A stretch of 11,510 nucleotides of DNA from assembly GCA_046761065.1 (NCBI GenBank), contig JBHIFL010000111.1, positions 1 through 11,510 on the forward strand, given 5' to 3'. The DNA comes from Candidatus Heimdallarchaeota archaeon. GTDB lineage: Archaea > Asgardarchaeota > Wukongarchaeia > Wukongarchaeales > JBHIFL01. The translations under genes were made by a program, and so were the position numbers. Under the pieces are notes generated by a model that was given only the letters and a program-made list of their open reading frames with translations, did no database searches and was not told where the DNA came from. Positions 6,099 through 11,510 of this stretch are shown piece by piece; position 1 is the stretch's first letter, and each line of letters starts with the position of its first letter.

Positions 6099-7430
6099 CT
6101 ACGAACGATGAACAATATTGGTAAATTCTTCCAATATGTGTTTTGCGGTTTTTTCGCTTTCTGCTTCAATAGAGATACGAATCTTTGGCTCCGTATTAGA
6201 GGGGCGTATCAAGACCCAAGCAGTCCTATTAAGGTTGACCTTCACCCCATCAATCGTCAGAATATCTTCATACAGGTTCTGGATGCTTTCGATGGTTGCA
6301 CGCATTTTTTCTCCTTTTTGCCGATGTGATTCAAACTCTAGAGCCGAATTCAGTAGAAAAGTTGGAGGTAAAACGTCAATCAGTTCACTTAGGCTTTGAG
6401 AGCTCCTACTCAGGAGAGCTGCCAATTTAATGGTTGCTAAGATCCCATCGGAAAAGGGGTATAAATCGTTGAAATAGAAATGAGAAGACGGTTCTCCGGC
6501 AAATATGGCATTTTTCCTTACTAGCTCCTTTTCAATAAAACTATGTCCGATTCGAGTCCAAATAAGTTCTCCACCCAAACGCTCCACTTCAGTCTGAAGG
6601 AGGGATGTAGAATTGATCGGAGCCACAATTCTCGCCCCTTTGTTGTGTTCAAGATAGTCCTGAGCAAATAAGAGTGTCATAATCGAACCATCAACAATTC
6701 TTCCTTTATCATCAACAAAAACCGAGCGATCCGCATCTCCATCGAACCCAACCCCAAAATCCGCATTCTGTTTTCGAATCGCAGTCATTACTGCTCTCAA
6801 ACGCGCTTCCGTCGGTTCAGGAATCCGCCCTCCGAAGTCTGCCTTTGCCTCGCAAGAGAGATTATATGCGTCCACATCGTAGGAGGAAAGAAGATCTTCA
6901 ATCACAAGTGATCCGGCAGCAAAAAAGGAATCTGTAATTATCTTCAGTTTTCGATCAATTTCGACTTGTGATGTGATGAAATTACAATATTCCGATATCG
7001 CTTCAGGGAGTTCTTGAACCTGGCCGTAACCATGTACAAACTTCCCACTCAGGTATATTTGTTTTAAGTGCTCAAGTTTTTCTAAGAAGGCGGTCCCATC
7101 TTGTTCCATGAATTTAAACCCGTTATAGGCGGGGGGATTATGGGACGCTGTCACAAAAACTCCTGCATCCATTTTACGAGCCCAGGTTTGAAAATAACAC
7201 ACCGCGGTGGTTGCAGTGCCAATTGTAGACACATCAGCACCTGTGGCTTCTAATCCTGCTATTGCAGATTTATGTAGTCTAGGAGAACTGATTCGGATAT
7301 CGTTCCCAATACAAACCGTCCCTTGTTCAACCAGAGTCCCTAGTGCTTTCCCAATTCTGGTTGCAACATCCTCATTGATATTTTCAGGGTATTTACCACG
7401 GACATCGTAAGCTAGGAATATATCACTCAA
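6099..7430 (-). CDS. Alpha-D-phosphohexomutase (phosphomannomutase/phosphoglucomutase family)
   Basis: 443 aa. Motifs: YDVRG, phosphoserine loop VTASHNP, metal loop FDGDADR, sugar-binding GEPSSH, DG motif and domain-4 IRPSNTEPKIRI. TTG start with SD AAGGAG at 7448-7443. Confidence 0.95.
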   Translation of the reverse strand: MSDIFLAYDVRGKYPENINEDVATRIGKALGTLVEQGTVCIGNDIRISSPRLHKSAIAGLEATGADVSTIGTATTAVCYFQTWARKMDAGVFVTASHNPPAYNGFKFMEQDGTAFLEKLEHLKQIYLSGKFVHGYGQVQELPEAISEYCNFITSQVEIDRKLKIITDSFFAAGSLVIEDLLSSYDVDAYNLSCEAKADFGGRIPEPTEARLRAVMTAIRKQNADFGVGFDGDADRSVFVDDKGRIVDGSIMTLLFAQDYLEHNKGARIVAPINSTSLLQTEVERLGGELIWTRIGHSFIEKELVRKNAIFAGEPSSHFYFNDLYPFSDGILATIKLAALLSRSSQSLSELIDVLPPTFLLNSALEFESHRQKGEKMRATIESIQNLYEDILTIDGVKVNLNRTAWVLIRPSNTEPKIRISIEAESEKTAKHILEEFTNIVHRS

Positions 7431-7442
7431 TTCGTGTATTCG

Positions 7443-7448
7443 CTCCTT
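7443..7448 (-). promoter_or_regulatory. Shine-Dalgarno site of the phosphohexomutase gene
   Basis: Minus strand reads AAGGAG, 12 nt before TTG 7430. TATA-like TTTAAA elements lie further upstream (~7457-7463 and ~7477-7482). Confidence 0.5.
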
Positions 7449-7784
7449 ATACCGGCTTTAAAATTTGTGCTGGGAATTTAAAGATGGCAATCATCAATAG
7501 GGTATGAAATAATGAGTAAATCCATTTTTTGGCCAAATCCACCCTACAAATTACTAACCTGAGTGATTTATCCAGAAAATAAAGCAACTTGATAAAACCT
7601 TTTCACAGTTCAATTCTTCTGTAATATTCAATTGGCACATTAAAATCTGAAATTTTGCTTTGATCCCTTACAACATCCTTTCCATATTATTTCAAGTGCT
7701 AGGAAAAGATGAAGCAATAATTTTATGCAAAATAATGGAATAACTATCAAACCCAAGAGAGACAATGAAACAAGTTGCTAGTTC

Positions 7785-8964
7785 ATGAAATCGCTTAAAT
7801 ATGTTACAGTATTATTCCTGATCTATCTGTTGGTTCAGGCATTTAATGTGAAATCTTTTCATGTCCTCACTACAAAAGGAAGTAAGTATGCTAACAAACC
7901 TGTACTCATAGGCTTGATGTATCAAGGCGATTCTGCAAATACAATAACAGTGACCACTACCGCTACAGGGTCTAGTCATGCGTATAAGGGTGAATCGGGA
8001 TTTTGATAAATATCATGTGGAAATTGTTTTTCAAAGCCACTCCCACCACTATCATCGAACAAAACCAATGAAAAACAACTCTATTGTGCTTCTTACCATG
8101 AACGATCATTAAATATGACTTCAGCTGGATGGAGAGCCCCTCTTTATGAATATCATAAACAGCCATATTGTGCTTATAGAAAAACGACCCTCTATTTTAC
8201 TCTAATTAGTGTTTATCGAAAAGGTACGTTATATATGGAGATGAAAGATGAACATGGAATCACATTCGATATTTTATGGCTTGATAACAATGTAAAGTAT
8301 TGGAACTTTGCGAATGGAATATATCTTCAAACAAATGCTAACATCACTCATACTCCTCTTCTTACCAACAATTACTTACAAAGACAAATAGACACTTCCA
8401 ATGGAACCACCAGTACCTTAAAAATGTACTGTGCAAACAAAGGAACACCGCATACTGTTGGTGGTGTATCCTCATGAAATTACAATGGCAATACTAAGAT
8501 TTTAAATTGCAAATGTCACATATAACAACCTCACCACCACAGTACTGATAAATTGGGCCCATTCCCACATAGTTGTTACATCCGAAAGTGGATACTCTTC
8601 TATAACAGTGACATGGACAGGGTTTTTATCATTACAAGACATAATCATCAAATGGGATAGCATAGAAATCCGAACAATTCCTAATCCAGTAAAAAAAGAT
8701 TCTTCAGGAAGTTTTACAGCCATCATAAGCATGCCTTCACCAAATGATCCAGGTTCCCCTAAAGTCACAGCTACTGAGATTAATAGTGCAAATGCAACAT
8801 TCAATGTGATTAATATGACTGGATCACAAGGACCACAGGGGTCGCAAGGACCGCAAGGACTCCAAGGAGAGGTACTAACGATTCCCTATGTATAATGCTT
8901 TAGTATTATCGATAGTAGCGTCATTATTTCAATATTTAATTGGCGAATACGCAAAGAAGATTGA
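7785..8964 (+). pseudogene. Fragmented gene for a secreted, C-terminally membrane-anchored surface glycoprotein with a collagen-like linker
   Basis: It begins with signal-peptide-like MKSLKYVTVLFLIYLLVQAFNV. In-frame stops occur at 8004-8009 (TGA TAA) and 8475-8477, and ORFs 7785 and 8115 share a frame. A +1 shift near 8505 enters a frame open 8506-8895 with beta-rich, Thr/Asn-rich sequence and a (G-X-Y)6 repeat. A hydrophobic anchor is then split over two frames (NALVLSIVA / VIISIFNWRIRKED*), ending at TGA 8962-8964. Confidence 0.7.
8821..8874 (+). repeat. Collagen-like (Gly-X-Y)6 coding repeat with 9-bp period
   Basis: gga tca caa / gga cca cag / ggg tcg caa / gga ccg caa / gga ctc caa / gga gag gta = GSQ GPQ GSQ GPQ GLQ GEV. 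Confidence 0.85.
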
Positions 8965-9158
8965 ATGCGTACTTAGATGATCACAGCTAATTAAAGTGTG
9001 TTGGCTATAGATAATCAAGCGAATCTTACGATATTTCTATGATGGTATCGAAGTACAATCTACTGTTACTGTTTATGTATCAAAAACCATATTGAATGAG
9101 ATACTTCGTTAGCCAAACGATGTGTAAATCAATTATCCAAATTTAATAAGGTGTCTAA

Positions 9159-9854
9159 ATGGGTGTATCCGAGTTAAGTGATATTGCGCTGCGGCTTTTA
9201 AAAGGATCGTGCGAAAATCCCGTCCTTTATTTATCACAGATCGTCCCTAATAGAAAGCAGGCAATAAATGTTCTTCGCAAGTTAAGAAGATTAGGGATCT
9301 CACTTAGCCCGACACTTGACGGAGGATTCCGAGTCACGGCTGAAACACGCTTGAGACTCGCATTCCTCGCATTACGTGGCACAGCAACGGTTTTTGAGGT
9401 CTCTCGTTATCTCGATTGGCGTGAGTTTGAAACTCTTGTAGCGCATGTTTTTGAAGAGAATGATTTTATCACATATCTGAATTACCGGTTCACACACAAA
9501 ACTCAAAGAAATGAGATAGATATCATAGCAATTAAAACCTCCCTTGCTATTGCTGCAGACGCTAAACACTATTCTACTACAGGACGTGGTTCGATTAAAC
9601 AAGCGATTGCAGCTCAAAAAAAACGAGCTGAACGCCTTGCGCAACATATCACTGAAGACCCGAAGTGCATTTTAACTAGAGAGGGAATTACTGAGATTAT
9701 ACCAATTATTATCACTTGGCTTGAAGAGCGTATCCGAATTCATGACACCATTGCAATTGTTCCCATTTTCAAGCTGAATCAATTTCTCATCTCACTAGAT
9801 CTTTACTTGAATCAACTTTTCCATGTCTCAGTTCCAGTTGGATACAAAATTTAA
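9159..9854 (+). CDS. PD-(D/E)xK restriction-endonuclease-fold nuclease (Mrr_cat-like) with an N-terminal helical, possibly wHTH, domain
   Basis: 231 aa with LDWREFETLVAHVF (helix Glu91), EIDIIA (Asp121) and ADAKHY (Asp134-x-Lys136). The basic N-terminal ~80 aa may bind DNA. Confidence 0.8.
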   Translation: MGVSELSDIALRLLKGSCENPVLYLSQIVPNRKQAINVLRKLRRLGISLSPTLDGGFRVTAETRLRLAFLALRGTATVFEVSRYLDWREFETLVAHVFEENDFITYLNYRFTHKTQRNEIDIIAIKTSLAIAADAKHYSTTGRGSIKQAIAAQKKRAERLAQHITEDPKCILTREGITEIIPIIITWLEERIRIHDTIAIVPIFKLNQFLISLDLYLNQLFHVSVPVGYKI

Positions 9855-9905
9855 GTGGAACAACCGTTTCAGGTTAAAATGGTATGTCAAAACCCTAAAA
9901 AGATG

Positions 9906-9912
9906 TTTTTTT
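9906..9912 (+). terminator. Putative oligo-T terminator of the nuclease gene
   Basis: T7 run about 50 nt after TAA 9854. Confidence 0.3.
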
Positions 9913-9964
9913 CAAATGCATTTAATTTGTAAAATATTTTTGATACAAAAAGATGTGATGAAAA

Positions 9965-11296
9965 ATGGCGCGCAAGATTGTTATTATTGGACATGGCCCT
10001 GCTGGGATGACTGCTGCTGGATTTGCCGCCCGTACTGATAGGGAAGCAAATATTACAGTATTAAATGCAGGCGAACAGGATATTTATCATCCATGTGCAC
10101 TTCCATATACGATTGGGGGGAAGTTAACGGTTGAAAACATAATCGAAAAAGCACGGTATCAAAAAATTTCATTATTGAATAATATGTGTGTAAAAAATAT
10201 TAATCCCCAGAAGAAGTACGTGACAGCGGTTAATAAAGAAGGCCAAGAGCAAATTTTTGAGTATGATGCGTTATTAATTGCAACAGGATCTGAGCCTATT
10301 ATTCCAAAACAGTTCATTAAGGGTTGGGACAAAGAAGGCGTGTGTGTCCTAAAAACGCCGCAGGATGCTCAAAACATTATCAAGTATGCAAAGACTGCAA
10401 AGCATGCAGTAGTTATTGGAGGCAGTGCCATTGGGATTGAAGTCGCATCCGAATTAACTCATGCAGGGAAACACACAACATTGATCGAGCTTATGCCGAC
10501 CCTCATGCCCGGACGTCTCGAGCCTGATATGTCCCAAATAGTTCAGACCCTCTTAAAGACAGAAGGGGTAGATGTTCAAGTAAATCAAGGAGCAAAAGAA
10601 ATTACTGGCCAAAAGATTGTAAAGAGTGTCATTGCGGGAGATAAAGAATTTCCAGCAGATGTAGTAGTTATGGCTACAGGTGTCACTCCAAATACAGAGC
10701 TTGCAAAAGCAATAGGCCTTGAAATTGGCGAAAAATCACAGGGCATAAGAATTAATCCTAGAATGGAAACATCTCTTCCCGGAATTTTCGCAGCAGGTGA
10801 CTGTGTTGAAACCATCAATTTGATTACAAAAAGTCCCATGCCAATGTGGTTGGCAGGAATCGCTACGCGGCAAGGCCGAGTGGCTGGCATTAATTTGGCA
10901 GGCGGTAATGAACTTTTCCCAGGGGCGCTAGCGGCATGGATTGTTGTTGCCCATACCTTTTTCGTTGGGGGGGCAGGTCTTTCCATTGAGCAAGCAAAAA
11001 AAGAAGGGTTTGATGTGGTTTCCGCCAAACTGACTCCCCTCCTCCGGCCACATTACATTTCTTTGGAAAAAATAACGGTTCGCTTAATTGCAGACAGAAA
11101 AACTGGACAGCTAGTTGGTGGACAAGTAATTGGGAAAGAAGGGGTTGCAGCGACAGTTAATTATATTGTTTTAGCGATAATGGGTGGGTTTACGGTTAGA
11201 GAACTAACGAAAGTTGATTGGTGTTATGCTCCAGGGGCTATTGAGTGTGTGAATCCCCTCGCTCGGGTTGCTGAAGCACTGTTAATAAGAATGTAA
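9965..11296 (+). CDS. FAD-dependent pyridine nucleotide-disulfide oxidoreductase (CoA-disulfide reductase/NADH oxidase family)
   Basis: 443 aa. Motifs: FAD loop IIGHGPAG, single redox Cys44 in YHPCALPY, ATGS, NAD(P)H loop IGGSAIGIE followed by LIE (acidic, suggesting NADH), FAAGDC and dimerization-domain CYAP. Confidence 0.92.
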   Translation: MARKIVIIGHGPAGMTAAGFAARTDREANITVLNAGEQDIYHPCALPYTIGGKLTVENIIEKARYQKISLLNNMCVKNINPQKKYVTAVNKEGQEQIFEYDALLIATGSEPIIPKQFIKGWDKEGVCVLKTPQDAQNIIKYAKTAKHAVVIGGSAIGIEVASELTHAGKHTTLIELMPTLMPGRLEPDMSQIVQTLLKTEGVDVQVNQGAKEITGQKIVKSVIAGDKEFPADVVVMATGVTPNTELAKAIGLEIGEKSQGIRINPRMETSLPGIFAAGDCVETINLITKSPMPMWLAGIATRQGRVAGINLAGGNELFPGALAAWIVVAHTFFVGGAGLSIEQAKKEGFDVVSAKLTPLLRPHYISLEKITVRLIADRKTGQLVGGQVIGKEGVAATVNYIVLAIMGGFTVRELTKVDWCYAPGAIECVNPLARVAEALLIRM

Positions 11297-11510
11297 CCTT
11301 AAGACAAAATACAACGTTAAAGATCTATGGAGCGGTGAATTGTTTTTGTCGATTCTCGAAAAGTCTGTTTTAAAAAGGATCTCTACATATGGCATTGTTT
11401 TCACTGAACCCGATTGATCTAATCTAAAAAGGTGCTCCATCTACAGAAAATTGGATGCTTGAAGAGAGTGTGTAACCGAAAGAAGATGGATTTGGAAACA
11501 CCCATTTTGG

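Noticed and set aside
8004-8477. In-frame TGA codons (8004, 8475) as selenocysteine or TGA=Trp recoding
   Set aside because: TGA 8004 is followed directly by TAA, the same gene also has frameshifts, and the epimerase uses TGA as a normal stop. There is no redox motif context and no convincing SECIS. Nonsense mutation in a pseudogene is the simpler explanation.
239-9647. Other short overlapping ORFs in the track (239-463, 549-782, 2808-3002, 2891-3100, 3433-3618, 4429-4623, 4604-4834, 5253-5555, 5450-5686, 5663-5890, 6108-6329, 6118-6399, 7207-7410, 7972-8166, 8502-8804, 9372-9647)
   Set aside because: All lie within or antisense to better-supported coding regions and show no family motifs.
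9823-10038. 71-aa Cys/Trp-rich ORF bridging the nuclease and oxidoreductase genes
   Set aside because: It overlaps both genes. The Cys/Trp tail is an alternative frame of the Gly/Ala-rich FAD-binding motif, and there is no SD.
10585-11028. 147-aa antisense ORF inside the oxidoreductase
   Set aside because: It is an antisense shadow of a well-supported gene, Ala/Pro/Ser/Thr-rich, with no recognisable motifs.
11297-11510. Possible gene start (ATG 11486, MDLETPIL..., open to the window edge) and a short ATGGAGC/GCTCCAT inverted pair (~11327 and ~11434)
   Set aside because: There is too little sequence to support a CDS, and a 7-bp match about 100 nt apart is within chance expectation.
1-11510. 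tRNA, rRNA, CRISPR array, IS element or integrase
   Set aside because: I saw no cloverleaf/T-loop signature, no regularly spaced 25-40 bp repeats, and no transposase or recombinase motifs or terminal inverted repeats. A covariance-model search (Infernal/Rfam) would be needed to exclude small ncRNAs in 2181-2520 and 7450-7780.

Overview
Archaeal chromosomal window. The TATA-like boxes, T7 runs after stop codons, TTG/GTG starts and eukaryote-style E1 suggest an Asgard or TACK archaeon, but this is an inference. There are eight intact CDSs and one decayed gene. Four CDSs form a plausible nucleotide-sugar/glycosylation set: a sugar-phosphate nucleotidyltransferase, a GT2 glycosyltransferase, a GalE-like NAD-dependent epimerase and a phosphohexomutase. 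The other four are (i) a calcineurin-like metallophosphoesterase fused to what looks like a degenerate LigD 3'-phosphoesterase (PE) domain and ending in a PIP-box-like motif, preceded by a perfect 8-bp inverted repeat; (ii) a ubiquitin-activating E1-like enzyme with the NLNRQFLF signature and a UBA3-like C-terminal E2-binding ubiquitin-fold domain, with no Ubl/E2/E3 gene in the window; (iii) a PD-(D/E)xK nuclease; and (iv) a CoA-disulfide reductase/NADH oxidase family flavoprotein. The stretch 7785-8964 is a fragmented gene for a secreted, sequon-rich, membrane-anchored surface protein with a short collagen-like linker. I saw no tRNA, rRNA, CRISPR array or transposase. All domain calls come from motif recognition by eye, with no searches run. 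Residue numbers refer to the supplied ORF translations.
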